Origin: an uncultured Hyphomicrobiales bacterium
GTDB taxonomy: Bacteria > Bacteroidota > Ignavibacteria > Kapaibacteriales > UBA2268
NCBI GenBank assembly: GCA_964498585.1
Contig: CAZCHH010000006.1
Span: forward strand, 1,554 to 65,553
Length of the DNA stretch: 64,000 bases
Direction of reading: 5' to 3'
Shown here: positions 56,379 to 64,000 of the stretch, piece after piece
Numbering within the stretch: position 1 is the stretch's first letter
Layout: every line of letters begins with the position of its first letter
Program-made: the position numbers and the translations under genes
The notes under the pieces: generated by a model
The model's database searches: none
Seen by the model: the letters and a program-made list of their open reading frames with translations, nothing else
Told to the model about the DNA's origin: nothing

Positions 56379-58334
56379 ATGAAAAGCACTATACTTTTCC
56401 TGTTTATTTTAGGAATATTTTTCAATTCTTTTCTATTTGCTCAGGAACAGCAATCGGAAATACTTGAAGAATACTTAGAGCAAGATGCTGAAGAAAATGA
56501 AGCATCTGAATTTTTCGATGAATTGGAAATTTATCTGACAAATCCTCTAAATTTAAGAAATACAAGTATAAGACAACTTTCCAAATTACCAGAGATTTCA
56601 GTAAATCTTGCATCAAAAATACTTCGTTTAGTAAAAAAGCAAAACTACACTTCAATAGACAAAATTGCCGACACGCTCAATCTTTCTTTCAAACAAATCA
56701 GAATTTTGAAACTACTTACAACAATTGATGATGTTGAATCAAAAAACCAAAAAGTCAAAATTAAATATAGAGCAAGAAATAAAATTGATTTTAATGAAGC
56801 TAAGGGCTTTGAAAACGGAAAGTATCTAGGAAGTCATCTCTCATTATATCAAAGATTTAATACTGAAAAAGACAATTTTAAAATTGGTTTTCTTACTAAG
56901 AAAAATGCCGGAGAAAAATCCTTGGCTGAGTTTTATTCCGGCTACTTTGCTGCGGATTTTGATAATCTAAAAGTGCTAATAGGAGATTATTCTTTAAGGC
57001 AGGGTATGGGAAATTTGCTTTGGAGCAACTACCGCAATTCAAAAAGCAGCGATGTAATTTCACCTGCAATGCAATACAGAAGCGGTTTTTTGCCATATCG
57101 TTCTTCAACTGATTATAAATTCTTCAGAGGTGCCGCCCTTGATTATAAATTATATTTAACAGACAGCTCCAATCTTTCTTTTTCTCTTTCATACTCAAAA
57201 ATTAATCGCTCTGCAGCAATTGATACAGCTCTCGGAATAGTAACTTCTATTTATACTGCCGGCTATTACAGGACAGAAACAGAAATTGCAAAAAAGAGAA
57301 AACTAAAAGAAACCTGTTTTAGCAGTTCATTGCAGTATGAAAATAAAAATTTATCTATTGGCGCAACAGTTTTGAATTTAAATTATGAATACCCAATAGA
57401 AAGCAAAGCAAAAACAGCTTTCTCTGGAAAAGAAGGGCTACTCGGCTCGCTTTATTCAATGTATAATTCAGAAAATTTTTCTATTGCATTTGAAGCAAGC
57501 CGTGATGCTAAGCATAATTTGGGATTAAAAACTGGTTCAATCTTTAAAATTGAAGATGTAGAACTATCTTTTCATTATCGTAATTTTTCGTCTGAATTCC
57601 GCTCGCCATTCGGCACAATATTCGGCGAAACTTACGCACCCAGCAATGAAACTGGCTTTTATACCGGAGTAAAATGGTATGTAAATCAAAAATTTATACT
57701 TTCAAACTACTTTGATATTTGGAAAACCCATACTAAAACCTATACTTTACCGATTAGCCAGAAAGGTATTGAGCTATTCTCTGAAGCTAATTACCTGTTC
57801 GGTTCTGATTTTGAATTACTTGCCAGAATAAAATACGAAAACAAAACCGATGCAATTACTATTGATAAAATTAAAAGCACATTTCAAAAGGGAAAATATT
57901 CATTTAGAGTAGAATTAAAATATCAAATTGATGAACTTACGCGTTTAAGATTGAGAAATGAAGATTGCTTAATTACTTATGAAGATTTAAAGGCAAACGA
58001 AATTGGAATGCTCTTTTTCTGCGATTTGCAAAGGAAAATCTTTTCTAATTTAAATTTATATGGACGTTTGACTTATTTTTCTACAGATAGCTACGATTCG
58101 GCAATTTGGCAGTATGAAGCCAGCCCCAGCGGCTATTCTGTTAGCTATGCTCTTTATGGGCAGGGAATCAGAGCGTTCCTCGGATTTGAATATGCGCTAT
58201 TAAACATTTTGGAATTTAGTGCAAAATATACCATATTAAGTAAAAATTTCGTTGAAAGCATTGGTAGTGGTTTAGATGAGATTCAAGGAAGCAGTAAGCA
58301 GCAGCTATTCTTTCAAATTGATGTAAGGTTTTAA
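56379..58334 (+). CDS. Helix-hairpin-helix (ComEA-like) domain outer-membrane protein
   Basis: Signal peptide, NPLNLRNTS..QLSKLPEI HhH motif, GDYSLRQGMGNL and a beta-barrel-like C-terminus ending in F. Confidence 0.8.
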   Translation: MKSTILFLFILGIFFNSFLFAQEQQSEILEEYLEQDAEENEASEFFDELEIYLTNPLNLRNTSIRQLSKLPEISVNLASKILRLVKKQNYTSIDKIADTLNLSFKQIRILKLLTTIDDVESKNQKVKIKYRARNKIDFNEAKGFENGKYLGSHLSLYQRFNTEKDNFKIGFLTKKNAGEKSLAEFYSGYFAADFDNLKVLIGDYSLRQGMGNLLWSNYRNSKSSDVISPAMQYRSGFLPYRSSTDYKFFRGAALDYKLYLTDSSNLSFSLSYSKINRSAAIDTALGIVTSIYTAGYYRTETEIAKKRKLKETCFSSSLQYENKNLSIGATVLNLNYEYPIESKAKTAFSGKEGLLGSLYSMYNSENFSIAFEASRDAKHNLGLKTGSIFKIEDVELSFHYRNFSSEFRSPFGTIFGETYAPSNETGFYTGVKWYVNQKFILSNYFDIWKTHTKTYTLPISQKGIELFSEANYLFGSDFELLARIKYENKTDAITIDKIKSTFQKGKYSFRVELKYQIDELTRLRLRNEDCLITYEDLKANEIGMLFFCDLQRKIFSNLNLYGRLTYFSTDSYDSAIWQYEASPSGYSVSYALYGQGIRAFLGFEYALLNILEFSAKYTILSKNFVESIGSGLDEIQGSSKQQLFFQIDVRF

Positions 58335-58335
58335 G

Positions 58336-58409
58336 CAAGCCATACGAACAGCAAAAAGATTGCATAACAAGAATATACAAGCCATACGAACAGTTGTTGC
58401 TCGTATGAC
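58336..58409. repeat. Family C repeat: 16-bp direct repeat x2 and a terminal hairpin
   Basis: caagccatacgaacag at 58336-58351 and 58378-58393; catacga/tcgtatg stem. Confidence 0.65.
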
Positions 58410-58464
58410 ATAAAAAATATTTTTAAAAAAATAAAATTTATTTATTTTTTTTTTAAATAATTCA

Positions 58465-58486
58465 TTTTTTTTTTTTTTTATATTGC
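58465..58486 (+). promoter_or_regulatory. T15 tract abutting a TATATTGC -7-like element
   Basis: T15 at 58465-58479, then ATATTGC; upstream of the gene at 58651. Confidence 0.5.
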
Positions 58487-58650
58487 AATTATAGAAATAA
58501 ACATGAAAAAAAAGAGAAAAAATATAGAAAAGAAAAAGGAATATTATTTAAGATATAGAAAAAAAATCCCCCGCCTTTTTGGTTTCGAGCTATAAAAAGC
58601 AGGGGCAAATTAACATATAATTTATAAACAAATTTAAGGAGAAATGCTTT

Positions 58651-59241
58651 ATGAAAAAAGCATTATTTTTACTAGCGTTATTAATAATTGTATTTTCTAA
58701 CGTTAAAGCTTGTCCAGATGGTTGGGCTGAATCAGCAAGAGAAACTATTAATTTTAATGGTTGTACTTATGAGTATATTTATTGCTACGGTATGCTTAAT
58801 GGTTTCCATTCCATTGCTCTTTCTGAAATCAATGTTGTTTACAATCCACCTTTCTGCACTGGTTTGTCTTTTGACCTTAATCCTCAAGAAATTACTGATG
58901 CAATTTTAATTCAAATTGCTATTGACCCAGTAATATATAATTGGGCAGGTTATGATGATATTCCTCCTTGTCCTAGTGGTCTAATGTGTATAATGAGAAT
59001 GTATGATGCAATTTGCTATAACGGATGGTACACTTATACAAGACTTAACAAAGATGGCACAACAACTGTTGTTCAATCAATGAATAAATGCGACGATGAA
59101 TTAAGGTCTTGTAATGAAACCGTAACAATATGCTGGGAATACGATGAATATGGCAATAGAGAATACAAAATAACAAGAGTTGGTAGTTCTTTAATAGGTC
59201 CAGAGTGTTTATATCCATGCCACACTAATTGCGAATATTAA
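58651..59241 (+). CDS. Small secreted cysteine-rich protein (13 Cys)
   Basis: Signal peptide ending VKA; mature chain begins CPDGW; AAGGAG RBS-like sequence upstream. Confidence 0.85.
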   Translation: MKKALFLLALLIIVFSNVKACPDGWAESARETINFNGCTYEYIYCYGMLNGFHSIALSEINVVYNPPFCTGLSFDLNPQEITDAILIQIAIDPVIYNWAGYDDIPPCPSGLMCIMRMYDAICYNGWYTYTRLNKDGTTTVVQSMNKCDDELRSCNETVTICWEYDEYGNREYKITRVGSSLIGPECLYPCHTNCEY

Positions 59242-59289
59242 AAAATTTATGTAAATGCATTTAGTTTTTCAACTTTAACTCTTTTTAAG

Positions 59290-59325
59290 ATAATCAACCA
59301 TCTGATTAACCCGATGGTTGATTAT
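59290..59325. other. Hairpin homologous to 3634-3669
   Basis: 13-bp stem ataatcaaccatc/gatggttgattat; 29 of 36 nt identical to the 3634 copy. Confidence 0.8.
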
Positions 59326-59403
59326 ATAGATGGGAAGCTACTTCACAACCTGAACAATTCTGACTATATATTCATTAAACCGAAAACAAAAACGGAGTTT
59401 TTT

Positions 59404-60861
59404 ATGAAAAAATTAATCTTTTTGCTTTTAATATTTTTTTCTTATACACTTTTCCCACAAAGTTGGGAATTTATACCTCAGGAAAGTATTCTACAATTTA
59501 ACGATTCTTATCAGGATTATGGAAAGTTAAATATTGATGAAATATTAATAAAAGGTGATTCTGTTGTATTTGTAAGAGTTAACACTGATTCTATTCTTAT
59601 GATATATGACAAAAATCAAAGAGTATTTTATCATATTTTAAAGAAGAATTTTTGGAAATGTCTGAAAAATGATTCTTTGTATAACATTTATAAAGATTTA
59701 GGTATTAATAATTTATATTATGATTCAAAAGAGAATTTTTGGTTTAGCTGTGGTGATAGTATAATACGAGTTACACCAGATACAGCATTTATTTACAGCA
59801 ATGTTTTTATTAGAGAACTAAATAGCACACATAAAATAAGACCAGCAAACAGAACCATTAGAAAAATTAAAGAAGACAAACTTGGAAATATTTGGATATA
59901 TTTGTTTGCTCTTATAAAGGAAAATGATACTACTTGGTCAGAATATAGAATGCTCTGCAAATATATCAACAATAGAATTGAGACAATTTTTACTACTAAG
60001 AATTTTTATCAATTTTCTTCAAAATGTAATTTCGTTTTTGATAATCAAAATAGGATTTGGTACGTTAATGGCGATACTTGTTATATTATCAAAGACGAAT
60101 TAGTTGAAAAAAAGTTCAGTACATGGGAAACTAAAGATGGCTATGGTTATTTTTCTGATTTAGTTATTGATTCAAAAGATAACTTTTACGCTACAAATAA
60201 TAGTATGCTTCTATTTAAATATAATGGAGATACTTTAATTTCAGATAGGCGCATATTGGATATTGAAAGATATATTACTTCAATAGGAAATAATTATTGG
60301 CTGAGGATTGATAGTTTGGATAATTTATGGGTAATCGGTTATGAAACCTGTAACTTATATAAAATTGACAAAGATGGAAATTTAACAACTTACGAAGTTC
60401 CCAAAGTAGATACATCTGCAGAAGTAGAGTGGTGCTATAAAGCATTAATGGAAATTGACAAAAATGGAAAAATCTGGTTACCTGCTCAAAGTATGGGAAA
60501 AAGTTATGGTATTTATATTTTTAATTCAGATACAAATTCAACTGTAGTAGATGAAAAAATTCGGCATAATACTGCTCTAATGCCAGATGTATGGATATAT
60601 AACATTTATCCAAACCCGTCTGATAACTTAGTAACACTTGATTTCTTTTTAGAAAATACTGTAGTTGACCAACTTGAAGTAGATATTTATAATATTATGG
60701 GAATGAAAATCAAAGATGTAACTGGACAAATAGACTATGACAGAAGTCGAATGAGGGCAAATATGAAATTTTCAGTAGCAGAGTTGCCTCGTGGCAGCTA
60801 TATTGTTTCAGTAAAAGCAGGAAAAAGTAAGAAATTTCAATTACTTTTAGTAGGCTATTAA
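59404..60861 (+). CDS. T9SS substrate, beta-propeller (two-component-regulator-propeller-like) paralog 1
   Basis: Signal MKKLIFLLLIFF; D(S/K)xGNxW repeats; CTD IYPNPS...KKFQLLLVGY. Start reassigned from 59314 by comparison with the paralog. Confidence 0.82.
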   Translation: MKKLIFLLLIFFSYTLFPQSWEFIPQESILQFNDSYQDYGKLNIDEILIKGDSVVFVRVNTDSILMIYDKNQRVFYHILKKNFWKCLKNDSLYNIYKDLGINNLYYDSKENFWFSCGDSIIRVTPDTAFIYSNVFIRELNSTHKIRPANRTIRKIKEDKLGNIWIYLFALIKENDTTWSEYRMLCKYINNRIETIFTTKNFYQFSSKCNFVFDNQNRIWYVNGDTCYIIKDELVEKKFSTWETKDGYGYFSDLVIDSKDNFYATNNSMLLFKYNGDTLISDRRILDIERYITSIGNNYWLRIDSLDNLWVIGYETCNLYKIDKDGNLTTYEVPKVDTSAEVEWCYKALMEIDKNGKIWLPAQSMGKSYGIYIFNSDTNSTVVDEKIRHNTALMPDVWIYNIYPNPSDNLVTLDFFLENTVVDQLEVDIYNIMGMKIKDVTGQIDYDRSRMRANMKFSVAELPRGSYIVSVKAGKSKKFQLLLVGY

Positions 60862-60940
60862 GATATATAAAACTTAAGCGAACTTCTTGAAACTCAATGA
60901 AAGTTTAAGATAAAACCACAAACCAAAACGGAGTTTTTTT

Positions 60941-62419
60941 ATGAAAAAATTAATTCTTTTCTTTTTTATATTCTTGTCTTATAATCTATTTTCTCAAAGC
61001 TGGGAGTTTATACCACAGGATAGTATTTTAAAATATAATGAAATATATCAAAATTATGGAAAATTAAATATCTCTACTATAATTACAAAAGGTGACTCTA
61101 CAATTTTTGTTAGGTACGATAGAGATACAATACTTATGATTTATGATTATAATAAAAAAGAAATGTTTCATATTTTAAAAGAAGATTTTTGGAAGTGTTT
61201 AAGAAATGATTCTTTGTATAATATTTACAAAAAGACTAATATTTGGAATTTATTTATTGATTCAAAAGGAAATTATTGGTTTACTATTCCTGATACTTTG
61301 TATAAGAATACACCTGTTTTTAAAGTTACTCCCGATACAGCATACTTAATAAATCAAATCTATGTAAGAGAACTTGATAGTTCCATTTATATTACTCCTT
61401 TTCCAAATAAAACAATTCATAAATTAAAAGAAGATAAAAATGGAGATATATGGCTTTTTCTTTTGAGCTATATTAGGTTTAATGATTCTCTACATAATGA
61501 ATTTGAGATTTTATGTAAATATGTGAATAATAGATTTGAAACGATTTTTATGAAAAAAATCTTTTGGCAGTATGTTTCAAAATGCAATTTCGTTTTTGAT
61601 AATCAGAATCGGGTTTGGTATGTTGTTGGAGATACCTGCTATATTATCAAAGATGAAATCGTAGAAAAGAAGATTAGCACTATGGATGTGAAAGATGGCT
61701 ATGGCTATTTTTCAGAGTTAGCAATAGATACAAAAGGAAATTTTTTTGCTACAAATAATAGTTTGATTATATTTAAGTATGATGGTGATTCTTTAACAAT
61801 AGATAGGCGTATATTAGATATTGAAAGATATTTAACTCATGTAGGGAGTTATCCTTATAGGATGCGGATTGATAGTTTAGATAATCTATGGCTTTTTGGT
61901 TACGAAACATGCAATTTATATAAAATTGACAAGGAAGGAAATTTAACTACTTACGATGTTCCAAAAGTTGATACATCAGCAGAAGTCGAATGGTGCTATA
62001 AAATGTATATGGAAGTGGATAGGCACGGAAGATTATGGATACCAGCTCAAAGCATGGGGAAAAGCTATGGTATCTTTATTTTCAATCCAGACACAACAAC
62101 AAGCGTAGAGGAGCATATAAATTCAAACACTCCCGGAATGCCAGACGTAAAAGTTTATAAAATTTATCCCAACCCAGCGGATAATATAGTTACGCTTGAA
62201 TTTTTTATATATTATGACGTAGTTGACCAGCTTGAAGTAGGTATTTATAATATTATGGGAATGAAAATCAAAGATGTAACTGGACAAATAGACTACGACA
62301 GAAGTCGAATGAGGGCAAATCTCAAGTTTTCAGTAGCAGATTTGCCTCGTGGTAGCTATATTGTTTCAGTAAAAGCAGGGAAAACCAGTTCGTATAAATT
62401 GTTGCTGGTTGGTTATTAA
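60941..62419 (+). CDS. T9SS substrate, beta-propeller paralog 2 (tandem duplicate)
   Basis: Colinear with 59404-60861; near-identical CTD. Confidence 0.85.
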   Translation: MKKLILFFFIFLSYNLFSQSWEFIPQDSILKYNEIYQNYGKLNISTIITKGDSTIFVRYDRDTILMIYDYNKKEMFHILKEDFWKCLRNDSLYNIYKKTNIWNLFIDSKGNYWFTIPDTLYKNTPVFKVTPDTAYLINQIYVRELDSSIYITPFPNKTIHKLKEDKNGDIWLFLLSYIRFNDSLHNEFEILCKYVNNRFETIFMKKIFWQYVSKCNFVFDNQNRVWYVVGDTCYIIKDEIVEKKISTMDVKDGYGYFSELAIDTKGNFFATNNSLIIFKYDGDSLTIDRRILDIERYLTHVGSYPYRMRIDSLDNLWLFGYETCNLYKIDKEGNLTTYDVPKVDTSAEVEWCYKMYMEVDRHGRLWIPAQSMGKSYGIFIFNPDTTTSVEEHINSNTPGMPDVKVYKIYPNPADNIVTLEFFIYYDVVDQLEVGIYNIMGMKIKDVTGQIDYDRSRMRANLKFSVADLPRGSYIVSVKAGKTSSYKLLLVGY

Positions 62420-62470
62420 AATGTTTTAAACTTAAGCAAAACTTCTTCATTCTTTATAAAAGTATCAAAC

Positions 62471-62509
62471 AAGATGTCCTACTCGTCCCGAAGACGATTA
62501 GGACATCTT
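62471..62509 (+). terminator. Rho-independent terminator-like hairpin
   Basis: aagatgtcct(a)...(t)aggacatctt stem followed by a T-rich run. Confidence 0.7.
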
Positions 62510-62673
62510 TATTTTAATACTAATTTGATTTTAACAATATATTCTGTTTATTTGTCATTCAGTAACGATGTATGGAATTTAACAAATTTTTGATACCATA
62601 AAGATAAAGATGTCAATAAATAAGTCTGCAAGCTGTTAGTTTGAATGGAAATAAAAGTATTCAATAAACTTCG

Positions 62674-62704
62674 TTTGAATTTGTCCAATAATTTCTTAAT
62701 TTTG
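62674..62704 (+). promoter_or_regulatory. Bacteroidota-type promoter TTTG-N19-TAATTTTG
   Basis: TTTG at 62674-62677 and TAATTTTG at 62697-62704, 24 bp before the ATG. Confidence 0.7.
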
Positions 62705-62728
62705 TTAAAATTTTAAATTCAAGATGAT

Positions 62729-64000
62729 ATGAACGAAATAGATATATCAATAATAATAGTAAATTATAACGTTAAGGATTTCCTTTTTCAATGTCTAAAA
62801 TCGATAGAGAAAGCGGAGCAAAATCTTAATGTTGAAGTCATTGTTGTTGATAACAATTCTAAAGACGGTTCAGTAAATTATCTTTCGCCTTTATTTCCCA
62901 AAGTGAAGTTTATAGCGTTAGAAGAAAACATAGGATTTGGACGTGCAAACAATCTTGGATTTGAGCAGTCAAGAGGGAAATATTTTCTTATTCTAAATCC
63001 GGATACAATTTTAGAAGAAAATACACTTGTTGTTATGAAGGATTATCTTGATACTCATCAAGAAGTTGGGATAGCTGGTTGCAAGGTATTGAATGCAGAT
63101 GGAACATTTCAGGTAGCTTGCAGAAGAGGTTTCCCAAGTCCATGGGTAGCATTTACAAAATTGTTTGGTTTACAAATGCTTTTCCCAAAATCCAAATTAT
63201 TTGCAAGATACAACCAAACTTTCCTTAGCACTGATGAAACATACTATATTGAATCTATAGTTGGTGCATTTATGTTTGCACGGCGAGAAACAATCGAACA
63301 AATAGGCGGATTTGACTCAGATTTTTTTATGTATGCCGAAGATATAGACCTTTGCTATCGGGCTACAAAACAAAACTGGAAAATTGCTTACGTTCATACT
63401 ACTTCAATTATTCATTACAAGGGAGAAAGCACTAAAAGAAGCAGCGATAATGAACTAAAGAATTTTTACAAAGCAATGGAAATATATGCTCAAAAGCATT
63501 ATGCAAATTCATCTGTTTTCCTATTCATTTTAAAAAATGGAATTTATATTCGTTCTTTTCTGGCTTATTTAAATAAACACAAATCTATTTTTACTCTAAT
63601 TCTTTTTGACATTTTAACTATTAATCTTTCGCTTCTTTTAGCAACAAAGATAAGATTTGATAATTTCTTTAATTTTCCGGATTATGCTTATCCTACTGTT
63701 TTTATTGTAATTACTCTTGTAATGCTTGGTGCTATGGTTTCTATCGGTGAATATTTTGAAGAAAAATGCTCAGTCAGGAAGTCATTTTTTGCATTAATGA
63801 TTACATTTTTCATTTTATCTTCGCTTACTTATTTTTTCAAAGAATATGCTTTTAGCCGTGGTGTACTGCTAATGACGATTGCTATTACAACTATTCTAAC
63901 ATCGACTTACAGGACAATTAATAATTCATTTCAAAAAATACGAAAGAAAGAAATAGATAAACGGATAGCTATTATTGGTATGAACCTTCACTCAGAGCAA
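62729..64000 (+). CDS. Family 2 glycosyltransferase with downstream TM region (runs off the window end)
   Basis: MNEIDISIIIVNYN, VVDNNSKDGS, NIGFGRANN, ILNPDT and FFMYAEDIDL; frame open to base 64000. Missing from the ORF track because it has no stop in the window. Confidence 0.93.
   Translation, partial: MNEIDISIIIVNYNVKDFLFQCLKSIEKAEQNLNVEVIVVDNNSKDGSVNYLSPLFPKVKFIALEENIGFGRANNLGFEQSRGKYFLILNPDTILEENTLVVMKDYLDTHQEVGIAGCKVLNADGTFQVACRRGFPSPWVAFTKLFGLQMLFPKSKLFARYNQTFLSTDETYYIESIVGAFMFARRETIEQIGGFDSDFFMYAEDIDLCYRATKQNWKIAYVHTTSIIHYKGESTKRSSDNELKNFYKAMEIYAQKHYANSSVFLFILKNGIYIRSFLAYLNKHKSIFTLILFDILTINLSLLLATKIRFDNFFNFPDYAYPTVFIVITLVMLGAMVSIGEYFEEKCSVRKSFFALMITFFILSSLTYFFKEYAFSRGVLLMTIAITTILTSTYRTINNSFQKIRKKEIDKRIAIIGMNLHSEQ

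Noticed and set aside
58336-58393. CRISPR array
   Set aside because: Only two 16-bp repeats with one 26-bp spacer and no cas genes.
280-58909. Numerous 60-156 aa ORFs nested in or antisense to larger genes (for example 280-612, 6729-7028, 37347-37817, 47603-47791, 51903-52185, 58688-58909)
   Set aside because: They are shadow frames of confidently assigned genes, with no independent start context or domain signal.
59314-59403. 30-aa N-terminal extension of propeller paralog 1 shown in the ORF track
   Set aside because: It starts inside the hairpin. The paralog and the signal peptide indicate the ATG at 59404.

Overview
This is an AT-rich chromosomal window from an FCB-group bacterium. Inference: Bacteroidota sensu lato, possibly Kapabacteria/Ignavibacteria-like, based on T9SS genes porU/porV/sprA, CTD-bearing substrates and TAnnTTTG-type promoters. 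Housekeeping genes (ftsK, rnr, tsaB, pdxH, maf, murA, rsgA, thiN, three tRNAs) alternate with accessory loci. Main points: (1) a six-gene Hyf/Ehr-type membrane complex whose large subunit lacks both NiFe motifs and whose small subunit has three of four proximal [4Fe-4S] Cys ligands replaced by Asp/Asp/Asn; (2) two unlinked secreted-protein loci (1.9-5.4 kb and 58.4-62.5 kb) with parallel layout: a T15 tract abutting the promoter, a small secreted protein, a shared 36-bp hairpin and beta-propeller gene(s), the first with a candidate toxin/immunity pair and an orphan gene tail; (3) an orphan NarI-like cytochrome b plus 4x[4Fe-4S] pair before a 7-PAS hybrid kinase with an internal duplication scar; (4) three toxin-antitoxin pairs, one with a nonsense-inactivated HEPN toxin; (5) a porU-porV-CHAD-sprA cluster; (6) a STAND-like ATPase with a C-terminal membrane hairpin; (7) at least three families of intergenic palindromic repeats, including three about 155-bp REPIN/MITE-like elements. 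I found no integrase, transposase, CRISPR array or rRNA. All family assignments come from motif recognition by eye, not database searches.
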